From assembly GCA_022843285.1 (NCBI GenBank), contig JALHNY010000003.1, positions 25,533 through 89,532 of the forward strand: a stretch of DNA of 64,000 nucleotides. The letters are read 5' to 3'. Origin of the DNA: Minisyncoccota bacterium. GTDB taxonomy: Bacteria > Patescibacteriota > Minisyncoccia > UBA6257 > 2-01-FULL-56-20. Under the pieces are notes generated by a model. The model was not told the origin of the DNA. It worked only from the letters and a program-made list of their open reading frames with translations, and ran no database searches. Shown here piece after piece: positions 56,376 to 64,000 of this stretch. How positions within the stretch are numbered: the stretch's first letter is position 1; every line of letters starts with the position of its first letter. The position numbers and the translations under genes were made by a program.

Positions 56376-57507
56376 TTACGCGGCCGGTTGGCCGGTGCGC
56401 CCCGAGGCTCTGGAGGCGTACGTCGCCGCGGCGCGCGAGGTGGGAAACCCCGGCTCGGTGCACCGCGCGGGCCAGCTGGCGCTCGAGCGCCTCGACGTTG
56501 CGCGCGATGAGCTGGCGGGCGTCCTGGGTGTCGCTGCCCACGATTTAGTCTTCACCGCATCTGCAACCGAGGCGAACAACCTCGCCATCGCCGGTACCGT
56601 TGAAGCTTTTCGCACGTCGCACCCCGGCGTGCTGCCGCGGGTCGTCATCTCATCTCTGGAGCACGATGCCGTGCGCGTGCCGGTGGAGCGCCTCGCATCG
56701 CTCGGGCTCGCCGAGGCCTCTGTCATCCCCGTGACGCACGAGGGAGGTTTCGATTTTGCGGCGTTCGAAGAGGCGCTGGATGAGCGGGCCGCGCTGGTAT
56801 CGGTGATGCACGTGAGCAACGAGCTGGGAGGCGTGCTGCCGCTCTACGAGATTGCGCGCAAGGTTCGCGCTGCGCGCGGAGGTGGCGCGTGGCCACGGCT
56901 GCACAGTGACGCGGTGCAGGCGCTCCCGTACGTTGCAGACCTGGCGCCGGCACTGGGCGCAGACCTTGCGACGTACGCCGCGCACAAGGTGGGTGGCGTT
57001 GCGGGTGCCGCGGTCCTCGTGGCGCGCGGCGGGCGTGAGCTGCTCGTCCCGCAGGTGAGAGGCGGCGGGCAGGAGCGTGGGGTGCGCTCTGGCACCGAGG
57101 ACGTTCCCGCGATTGTGGCGTTCGCACGGTCTGCCGCGATGGCCAGGGCAGAGTCAGCCGCGGAGGCAGGCCGCCTGCGCGCGATCCGGGAAGTGCTCCT
57201 CTCGCAGCTGGCCAAGCTCGCGCCCGAGGTGCAGGAAAACCTTTCGGGTCTGCGCGAACAGTCCCCGCACATCGTGAGCCTGCACGTCCCGCACGGCCAC
57301 GCGCAGGAGACGGTGGCGCGCATGGATCTGTCCGGCTTTGCCATTGCGGCTGGGCCGGCGTGCTCTGCGAGGTCTGTTGAGGCTTCGCGTGCGGTGCAGG
57401 CTCTCGGGTACGGCAGGCAGCGCGCGGAGCAGACCGTGCGCGTCAGCCTCGGCTCGCAGACGTCAGCGGATGACGTTCGCGCGCTGGCTACGTTCCTCGC
57501 GGGCTAG
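56344..57507 (+). CDS. Cysteine desulfurase (IscS/NifS family)
   Basis: YFDYAA, GNPGSVH, SATEANN, EHDAV, DAVQ, AHK, RSGT, GPAC. Confidence 0.88.
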   Translation: MHLPSSYRYFDYAAGWPVRPEALEAYVAAAREVGNPGSVHRAGQLALERLDVARDELAGVLGVAAHDLVFTASATEANNLAIAGTVEAFRTSHPGVLPRVVISSLEHDAVRVPVERLASLGLAEASVIPVTHEGGFDFAAFEEALDERAALVSVMHVSNELGGVLPLYEIARKVRAARGGGAWPRLHSDAVQALPYVADLAPALGADLATYAAHKVGGVAGAAVLVARGGRELLVPQVRGGGQERGVRSGTEDVPAIVAFARSAAMARAESAAEAGRLRAIREVLLSQLAKLAPEVQENLSGLREQSPHIVSLHVPHGHAQETVARMDLSGFAIAAGPACSARSVEASRAVQALGYGRQRAEQTVRVSLGSQTSADDVRALATFLAG

Positions 57508-58835
57508 ATGTCCGCGCCAACCTCGCGCTGCGGCACGCGGCGCGCGTCCGTGGCGACGGTGAAGGAGAACGTGGTGCCGCGGCCGAGCTCAGAGGCGACG
57601 CGCATCTGGCCGCCGTGGGCGCGGACAATGTTGCTCGCGATGTAGAGGCCGAGGCCGGTACCTCCCGCGACCGCTTTGATTGCGTTCTCGGCACGGAAGA
57701 ATTTGGTGAACAGCTTCTCGACGTCACCGGCTGCAATGCCGATGCCGGTGTCTCGCACGCTCACCTGCACGAAGGCGGGGTCTTCGGTCTGCTCTGCCTT
57801 CACCAGAATCTCGCCGTTTTTGACGTTGTAGCGGAGTGCGTTCTCGATCAGGTTGTTGATGACCATGACAATCTTCTCGCGATCTACGATGACCGGGGCG
57901 AGCGCAACGTTGGGGCGCTCGAAGAACAGCTTGATGCCGGCAGCCTCCACGATGGGGAGAGCCTTGGCGAGCTCGGCGTCGAGAATTTGCACCATGTCGG
58001 TCGCCTCGAAGCGGTACCCGAAGCGGCCCTCCTCAATCTTCGCGACGCCGAGCAGGTCTTCGGCGGTGCGCGTCAGCGTCCTCACGGACTCGAGCGTCTG
58101 CGTGACCAGGGCCTTGTCGTCGGGGCCGATGGTGGCGCTCGCCGCGAGCGTCTCGAGCGCCCAGCTGACTTCGGTGAGCGGGGTGCGGAGCTGGTGGCTC
58201 GCGACGGTCACGAACTCACCCTTGCTCCGCAAAATGGCAATGGTGCGGGTGCGGTCGCGAATGACCTTGAGGAAGCCCTTGTGCTCGGGCAGCTCGGTGG
58301 TGCTCACGCGGAGGTTCAGCTCTGGGTCGCTGAACGCGAGGTCGACCACCTGGAGCCGGCCGTCTCCGCTGGACCTCGGAATGACTACCGGGGCGAGCGA
58401 GGGGTACACGACCTGGACGAGGCGGGTGTAGCGGGGATCGGTCTGCGCGAGCTGCGGCGTGATGACGAACTGGGCGAGCTCTTCGCGGCTCAAGCCGAAG
58501 AGCTGCGTCGCGGCGTCGTTGGCGAACACGATGCGGAATAGGCCATCGTACGCGATGACGGGGTCACCCAGGAGCGAGAGTACCGTGGCGGCGTCGCCGA
58601 GGTTCACGGGTGGCACCCCCTTCGGGGCAATGAGCGCCGGTGACGAGGAGTCGCTGCCCGAGAGCCCGGGCAGGACGTCGGTCGCGAAGGCGGTGACGAG
58701 CAGCGCGATGGTGGCGAGCAGCCCCAGGCTCGCGCTCAGTGCGCTCGGGCTGGCGGCCACCAGTGCCCAGGTTGCTCCGATGGCAACCGCAGCAGCGGCG
58801 ATGCGGATTTTTTGAGAGCGGGAGAGTGGGTTCAT
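57504..58835 (-). CDS. Sensor histidine kinase (2 TM, PAS-like, HisKA, HATPase)
   Basis: ASHQLRTPL, NLIENALRY, DTGIGI, GGTGLGL. Confidence 0.92.
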   Translation of the reverse strand: MNPLSRSQKIRIAAAAVAIGATWALVAASPSALSASLGLLATIALLVTAFATDVLPGLSGSDSSSPALIAPKGVPPVNLGDAATVLSLLGDPVIAYDGLFRIVFANDAATQLFGLSREELAQFVITPQLAQTDPRYTRLVQVVYPSLAPVVIPRSSGDGRLQVVDLAFSDPELNLRVSTTELPEHKGFLKVIRDRTRTIAILRSKGEFVTVASHQLRTPLTEVSWALETLAASATIGPDDKALVTQTLESVRTLTRTAEDLLGVAKIEEGRFGYRFEATDMVQILDAELAKALPIVEAAGIKLFFERPNVALAPVIVDREKIVMVINNLIENALRYNVKNGEILVKAEQTEDPAFVQVSVRDTGIGIAAGDVEKLFTKFFRAENAIKAVAGGTGLGLYIASNIVRAHGGQMRVASELGRGTTFSFTVATDARRVPQREVGADI

Positions 58836-61300
58836 GCGGAGAACGGCTCGAGTGAGCCCCAGCGGCGCCCGGTGCGCACGTCCACGACCAGGGGTACGCC
58901 CAGCTCGGGCATTGCAGCCTCCATGGTCTGACGAATGTGGGGCACGAGTGCCTTAATGCTACTCGTGGGCAGCTCTAGCAGCAATTCATCGTGAATGGTG
59001 AGGAGAATGTGTCCCCGGCCGCCGCTCGCGAGCAGCTCGCGCACGTTGATCATGGCGCGCTTGGCAATGTCAGCGTCGAGGCCCTGGACGGGCTGGTTGA
59101 TCGCGGCGCGCTCGACCTCGGCGGTGCGCCAGCTCGGCGCCCCGCTCGCGAGCTCGGGGAAGTAGCGCCTCCGCCCGGTCAGCGTCTCGGTGTACCCGGA
59201 CTTGCGGGCGTTCTCGAGCACCTGCTCCTGCCACGCTTTCACGGCCCCGAAGCGCTCGAAGTAGCGGGCGATGAAGTCCTGGGCTTGGGCCTTCTTGAGG
59301 CCGCTAGCCTTGGCGAACGCCGTGACGCCCATGCCGTACACGAGGCCAAAGTTGAGGGTCTTGGCGATGCGGCGCTCCTCCTTAGTAATGGTGCCAGCGT
59401 CCTTGCCGAGCACGACCGCGGCGGTAGCGGAGTGAACGTCCTCGCCGTTTTTGAAGGCGCGCGTGAGTTCTGGATCGTGGGACAGGGCTGCGACGATGCG
59501 CAGCTCCAGCTGCGAGTAGTCGAAGCTGGCGAGCACGTGGCCCTCGCGCGCGACGAAGGTGTCGCGGAGCGCGTGGCTCCACCGGCTCTCCTGGGGAATG
59601 TTCTGGAGGTTCGGGTTGCGGGAGGACAGGCGGCCGGTCGCGGCGCCGGTCTGCACGTACTCGGTGCGGAGCGTCCCGCTCGCGTCGAGGCGCGCGAGGA
59701 TTGGTTCCACGAAAGAGCTCCGCACCTTGAAGTGCTCTCGGTACTCGAGGAGCATGCCCACGATGGGGTGGGCATCGCGGAGCTCGTCCAGAATCTCAGC
59801 GCGCGTGGACTCCTTCTTCTTGCCGGGCATGGAGAGGTTGAGCTTGCGGAACAGGACGTCAGCAACCTGCTTGGGCGAGTTGAGGTTGAACGGCGCGCCC
59901 GCGAGTTCGTGAATCTCCTTCTCGAGGGAGTCGCAGGTTACCGCCACCTGGTCTGCGAGAGATTCGAGCGCCTCTCGGTCCACCTGGATGCCGCGGCTCT
60001 CCACCTCGGCGAGCAGGCGGATGGCGGGCAGCTCGAGGCTCTGGTACACCCCGAGCATGTTTTCCTTCGCGAGCGCCGCCAGGAGCTTCTGCCGGAGCTC
60101 GGCGAGAGTCGCGGTGTCACCACCGGCGACGACGCTGCGCACGGCCTGGTCCTCGTACGCTTTGAGGTCTGGGTAGAGCAGCCACGCCGCGATGCCCAGG
60201 TCGTCGTACGGGGCCTCGAGGTCGCGGCTCTCAGACCAGAGCACCTGGAGCGCTTCCTTGAGCCCGTACCCAGCCACAATGTCACCTGGTTTGCGGGCGG
60301 AGGGGTCCTCCATGAAGTCTTCCAGGTTGACCACGGGTTCAGCCGCGCCGCTGACCGGCACGTCCGTGCGGGCAAACGTTGACGGGGCGGCGGGCGCCTT
60401 GCGCGCGACCCGCTTCTTGGGTTGCGCGGCGAGCGGATCTCGGGGTGCGAGCGCGTTCGCCAGGCTCAGGAAGCCGACTTCGTGGAAGTAGTCGCGCAGC
60501 TCGCGGCGGTTGAGCTCGGGCCGCGCGAGTGAGGCCAGGCTCGGTACGTCCACGGGCACGTCGCGGCGGAGCGTGGTCAGGTACAGGGACGCGCGGAGTT
60601 GGGTGCCATCGTCTGGAAGCTTCGCGGCAAACTTCGGGAGGGCTGTGAGGTTGGCCAAGATGTCATCGATGGTTGGGTAGTCTTTGAGAATCTGTGCAGC
60701 AGTCTTGGGTCCCACGCCCGGGACGCCCGGGACGTTGTCCGAGGTATCACCGACGAGCGCCTTGTACGCGGGAACCTGCTCCGGCGTGATGCCGTACTTT
60801 TCAAAGACCGCGTCGCGATCGAGGACAGTCGTGTCCGTGATGCCCTTCTTTAAGGAGCGGGTCACGACGCGCCCGTCATCCACGAGCTGGAGCAGGTCAG
60901 AGTCACTGCTGAGAATTTCGATGCTGAGGTCAGCCTCATCCTGGAACTTGTCCACGATGGTGGCGATGACGTCGTCCGCTTCGAACCCCGCGAGCTCTAT
61001 GAGGGGAATGCCGAACTTTGCGAACAGCTCTTTGGCCTCATCGATTTGCGCGGCGAGGTCGTCCTCCATGGGCGCGCGGTGCGCCTTGTAGTTGGCATCC
61101 AGCTCTTTGCGGAAGGTCACGCCGCGCGCGTCACCCGCCACGATGACGTAGTCGGGCAGGCTGCGGAGCATTGCCAGAATGAGGCGCGCCAGGCCGTACA
61201 CCGCTTGGATCGGGCGACCGTCTGGCGTGGAGAGGGGCGGGAGCGCGTGGTACGCCCGGTGAATGATGGAGTGCGCGTCTATGATGAGGAGCTTCTTCAT
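58832..61300 (-). CDS. polA: DNA polymerase I
   Basis: 5'-3' exo (IIHRAYHA, EADDVI, GDTSDNVPGV) and polymerase motifs (TGRLSS, DYSQLELR, KTLNFGLVYG, HDEL). Confidence 0.96.
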   Translation of the reverse strand: MKKLLIIDAHSIIHRAYHALPPLSTPDGRPIQAVYGLARLILAMLRSLPDYVIVAGDARGVTFRKELDANYKAHRAPMEDDLAAQIDEAKELFAKFGIPLIELAGFEADDVIATIVDKFQDEADLSIEILSSDSDLLQLVDDGRVVTRSLKKGITDTTVLDRDAVFEKYGITPEQVPAYKALVGDTSDNVPGVPGVGPKTAAQILKDYPTIDDILANLTALPKFAAKLPDDGTQLRASLYLTTLRRDVPVDVPSLASLARPELNRRELRDYFHEVGFLSLANALAPRDPLAAQPKKRVARKAPAAPSTFARTDVPVSGAAEPVVNLEDFMEDPSARKPGDIVAGYGLKEALQVLWSESRDLEAPYDDLGIAAWLLYPDLKAYEDQAVRSVVAGGDTATLAELRQKLLAALAKENMLGVYQSLELPAIRLLAEVESRGIQVDREALESLADQVAVTCDSLEKEIHELAGAPFNLNSPKQVADVLFRKLNLSMPGKKKESTRAEILDELRDAHPIVGMLLEYREHFKVRSSFVEPILARLDASGTLRTEYVQTGAATGRLSSRNPNLQNIPQESRWSHALRDTFVAREGHVLASFDYSQLELRIVAALSHDPELTRAFKNGEDVHSATAAVVLGKDAGTITKEERRIAKTLNFGLVYGMGVTAFAKASGLKKAQAQDFIARYFERFGAVKAWQEQVLENARKSGYTETLTGRRRYFPELASGAPSWRTAEVERAAINQPVQGLDADIAKRAMINVRELLASGGRGHILLTIHDELLLELPTSSIKALVPHIRQTMEAAMPELGVPLVVDVRTGRRWGSLEPFSA

Positions 61301-61749
61301 GCGTGCCAGGTGACGGTGATGGTGCGCTCCTCTGGTGTAGAGCCGTGAGCAAACGAGACGTCGACGGTGGGGGAGAACAGTGCCCCACCGACCTCGGGCC
61401 ACTCGACGACGATGACGTTAGCGGGATCAGCTGCGGCGCCCGTGAGGTCCAGCGCACCCAGATCTTCTGCGGACGTGAGGCGGTACGCGTCCACGTGGTA
61501 CGCGTTTTTGAGGTGCGCTACCTCGAGCGGGTAGCGCTGCACGAGCACGAAGGTGGGGCTCGTGACGGTGTCCGCGATGCCGAGCGCCCGGAGGAAGCCC
61601 TGCGTGAAGGTGGTCTTGCCCGCGCCGAGGTCGCCGCGGAGGGTCACGATGGTGGCGCGTTTGCCGGGTGCAGATTTGACGCGTTCGGCAACCTGCCCGG
61701 CGAGGTGCTGGGTTTCACTGGCTGAGTGCGTGGTGACGGTCTCGGGCAT
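61297..61749 (-). CDS. tsaE: t6A biosynthesis ATPase TsaE
   Basis: GDLGAGKTTF, VTSPTF, HVDAYRL, VEWP. Confidence 0.95.
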   Translation of the reverse strand: MPETVTTHSASETQHLAGQVAERVKSAPGKRATIVTLRGDLGAGKTTFTQGFLRALGIADTVTSPTFVLVQRYPLEVAHLKNAYHVDAYRLTSAEDLGALDLTGAAADPANVIVVEWPEVGGALFSPTVDVSFAHGSTPEERTITVTWHA

Positions 61750-62209
61750 ACCGGAAAGCTGCCGTGGCTAGCGCAGTCAGGATACCAGCCGTGCAGGTCG
61801 CTGTCCCCAAGATTGCGGGCAGGGGAGATTCCGGGCTGAGGTTCGCAATGGCGGGGACGGGGGCAGCCGCAAAAGCAGCTTGCCCGGGCGTCGAGCTTGC
61901 CCACGTGCCTCCGGCCACGTGAAACCCGTGACCCTCGGGAGCGCTCCCGGGTGCGGAGACGTCCTGCCGAAAACCGGGCAGGGTCAGGGACGCTGTCGCC
62001 TCCCGGTTGCGGATGGCTGCCGTCCCGGTTCGCACGATGCTGCAGCTGCCGGGCGGTAGCGCGCCCGTGAGGTACAGCGACCGCTTGCCAATCTCGAGGG
62101 TAGCACGACTGAGGTTTCCCCCAGCTTCGTCTGCGCAGATTTCCACCCACTCGTTGCCCCGATCTGCGCCAGCGGGGTTGGCGAAAAGCTCTGTGATTCG
62201 GACTGCCAT
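61715..62209 (-). CDS. Lamin-tail-domain-like protein with C-terminal TM
   Basis: VRITELFANPAGADRGNEWVEI LTD signature. Confidence 0.6.
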   Translation of the reverse strand: MAVRITELFANPAGADRGNEWVEICADEAGGNLSRATLEIGKRSLYLTGALPPGSCSIVRTGTAAIRNREATASLTLPGFRQDVSAPGSAPEGHGFHVAGGTWASSTPGQAAFAAAPVPAIANLSPESPLPAILGTATCTAGILTALATAAFRYARDRHHALSQ

Positions 62210-62253
62210 GTGCCCAGTGTGACCGCGCGGGGAAAGGAGCGTATCCTTGAGGC

Positions 62254-62472
62254 ATGAACGAAATGCAGGAGGTCCTCGCCCGGCTCGAGAAGGTAGAGGC
62301 AAAAATTGATGCCGTGTACTACTCCGCGGAGAAGACCCGGAAGTACTTTCTCTGGACGCTGATTATCACGGCGGTGACCATCGTGCTGCCGCTCCTCGCG
62401 ATGGTGGTGCTCATCCCGTACTACGTGAGCACGCTCGATCTCAGCGGCATCGACGGCCTGATGCTGCAGTGA
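62254..62472 (+). CDS. Small membrane protein
   Basis: KIDAVYYSAEKTRKYFLWTLII plus TM; TATCCT 6 nt before the ATG. Confidence 0.7.
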   Translation: MNEMQEVLARLEKVEAKIDAVYYSAEKTRKYFLWTLIITAVTIVLPLLAMVVLIPYYVSTLDLSGIDGLMLQ

Positions 62473-62478
62473 TAGCCG

Positions 62479-62514
62479 AGAGAAGGGGGAGCGCGTCTGC
62501 ACTCCCCCTTCTCT
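62479..62514. terminator. Bidirectional terminator-like hairpin
   Basis: AGAGAAGGGGGAG...CTCCCCCTTCTCT. Confidence 0.65.
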
Positions 62515-62520
62515 AACTTG

Positions 62521-62595
62521 GGTGTCCGACCGGACTTGAACCGGCAACCGCCAGATCCACAATCTGGAGCTCTAACCAATTGAGCTACGGACACC
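62521..62595 (-). tRNA. tRNA-His(GTG) with encoded G-1
   Basis: G-GTGTCCG...CCAGA-TTGTGGA-TCTGG...GCCGGTTCAAGTCCGGT-CGGACAC-C. Confidence 0.93.
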
Positions 62596-62663
62596 ACGCC
62601 GCGGTACTGTAGCACGGGTCCTCGTTAGTGACAAAGTGCCATTTCCGTGTTATAAAGACCTCC

Positions 62664-63173
62664 GTGGAAGCTTACGCAGCGAGTGTCCTCGCGCAGGTGC
62701 AGCTGGCTGGAGAAGCCGCGCCCTCAATCGCTTACGTGCTCATCGCCTTCGGGACGGCGGTTTTTGGCAACCTCATCGCGCTGCCAGCCATCTTGCTGGC
62801 GCTCGGCGGAGCGTTCGGGCCGGGAGGCGTGATCCTGGCGATTCTTGCCGCCCTGGCCGGGCAGCTCTTCGGTGATGCGACGTGGTACACGCTCGGACGG
62901 CTCTCGGTGGGCACGCGCTTCGGCGCGTGGGTGCAGAAGAAGCTCCCCCTGCACGAGCGCATCGCGCGCTTCTTTGAGACGGGCAGCGTGTACGTGCTCA
63001 TCACGTCGAAGCTCCTGACGACGCCCACCATCCCGATTCTCTTTTTGCTCGGGTGGCACCAGGTCCCCCTGCAGCGCTACGTGCGCCTCTCGCTCATTTC
63101 TGCTCTGGCGTGGCTGGTGGGCATGGTGCTCATGAGCGCCGTGGTGTACTCGGGCATCCGGCTCGTTTTCTAG
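62664..63173 (+). CDS. DedA-like membrane protein
   Basis: GQLFGDATWYTLGR motif and several TMs. Confidence 0.65.
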   Translation: MEAYAASVLAQVQLAGEAAPSIAYVLIAFGTAVFGNLIALPAILLALGGAFGPGGVILAILAALAGQLFGDATWYTLGRLSVGTRFGAWVQKKLPLHERIARFFETGSVYVLITSKLLTTPTIPILFLLGWHQVPLQRYVRLSLISALAWLVGMVLMSAVVYSGIRLVF

Positions 63174-63188
63174 TGGTATACTGCACGC

Positions 63189-63356
63189 ATGCCGGCAGTT
63201 CTCAACCAGCAGCGTGTAGATGAGATTCTCGCTGAGCTTGATGCGCGCCTCGCGCAGATCAAGCTCAGCCACCGCGCCGCTCTCGAGAAGATGCTCGAGG
63301 ACCTGCGCTCCAAAAAGCTCGAGGACCTGCGCAAGGCGTTTCCCACTGCCCAGTAA
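63189..63356 (+). CDS. Small coiled-coil protein (55 aa, absent from ORF track)
   Basis: MPAVLNQQRVDEILAELDARLAQIKL...FPTAQ*; TATACT 6 nt before the ATG. Confidence 0.6.
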   Translation: MPAVLNQQRVDEILAELDARLAQIKLSHRAALEKMLEDLRSKKLEDLRKAFPTAQ

Positions 63357-63359
63357 AAC

Positions 63360-64000
63360 ATGCCCACACCAAACGAAGATCTCGAGAAGGTAGGTTCCAC
63401 AGAGACCGTCCCCGTCCCCGCATCACCTGAAAAGGCGGAAGGCGGCGCTGAGAGTCAGATTGCCACGAGGGTAGAGAGCAGCGCGCGCGAGGCGGACGCC
63501 GTCTCCGAGGATTTCAAGCAGTCTGCAGCTGAGGTGGCGGAGGGCGATCCGGAAGCGGTCGCGGGTGCCGAGCAGCAGGTAGCGGCAATCACGGAAAGCA
63601 CGAAGGCACAGATTGAAGAGGCGCGGCAGAAAGCGGCGGATGATCTCCAGGCGGAAATCCACTCGATGCGCGAGGACATCGCGATGGTGACGCGCGAGGA
63701 TGACTTCGGGCAGGAGAACAGCATGTCAGACCGCGTGTATGACCGCCTCAGTCAGGACCTGAAGGGCAAGGAGGCGGAGCTCGGGCAAATTGTCATGGAG
63801 GGCGATGTCCCGGGCATGAGCAAGTTTGATGCGGAAAGTGCGCTCTCTGCTCTGCAGAGCAAGACCCTCGAGGAGGGTCTGGTTGCCGTGAACGAGGCTG
63901 CGGACGAAGACAGGATGGATGTGAAGGAGAGCGTGCTGCAGAAGAGCAACGAGATCAGCGCCCGCCGCGAGGAGGTAGCCGCGGCGCTGGAGAAAGTTTC
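63360..64000 (+). CDS. Acidic, Ala/Glu-rich hypothetical protein (partial, runs off window)
   Basis: Open frame from ATG 63360 (MPTPNEDLEKVGSTE...) to the window end. Confidence 0.65.
   Translation, partial: MPTPNEDLEKVGSTETVPVPASPEKAEGGAESQIATRVESSAREADAVSEDFKQSAAEVAEGDPEAVAGAEQQVAAITESTKAQIEEARQKAADDLQAEIHSMREDIAMVTREDDFGQENSMSDRVYDRLSQDLKGKEAELGQIVMEGDVPGMSKFDAESALSALQSKTLEEGLVAVNEAADEDRMDVKESVLQKSNEISARREEVAAALEKV

Noticed and set aside
13693-62595. tRNA and tmRNA genes lacking an encoded CCA
   Set aside because: Common in many bacteria, where CCA is added enzymatically; not evidence of pseudogenes.

Overview
A high-GC (roughly 60-70% by eye) bacterial chromosome segment spanning the replication origin. 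Gene content points to Patescibacteria/CPR, probably Parcubacteria (inferred, not database-confirmed). The evidence is dnaN-dnaA / rpmH-rnpA-yidC-jag, a CPR-type T4SS-like cluster (pilin, VirB4, PrgI, VirB6-like), a PilB/GspE ATPase, tRNA-Ile(UAU) and almost no metabolic genes. Most of the window is housekeeping: argS (partial), smpB, tmRNA, infC-rpmI-rplT, ruvA/B/C, holA, rpsT, PBP1A, rsmA, uvrD, nusA, ppa, clpP, tyrS, ftsK, gmk, polA, tsaE and four tRNAs. I found no integrase, transposase, prophage or CRISPR array. Most notable observations: (1) a ~330 bp very AT-rich island at 46.9-47.2 kb made of eight 16-32 bp palindromes of two related types, bracketed by a 20 bp direct repeat; five have parS-like arms but non-canonical cores, so it may be a novel centromere or nucleoprotein platform; (2) about 20 core genes have a TAnnnT -10 box 6-8 nt before the start codon (leaderless, one promoter per gene), whereas inserted solo genes use Shine-Dalgarno leaders; (3) a T4SS pilin fused to a peptidase-M15-like domain; (4) a membrane-anchored Clp ATPase with a degenerate first AAA module; (5) an unannotated 6S-like RNA; (6) tRNA-Ile with a UAU anticodon.
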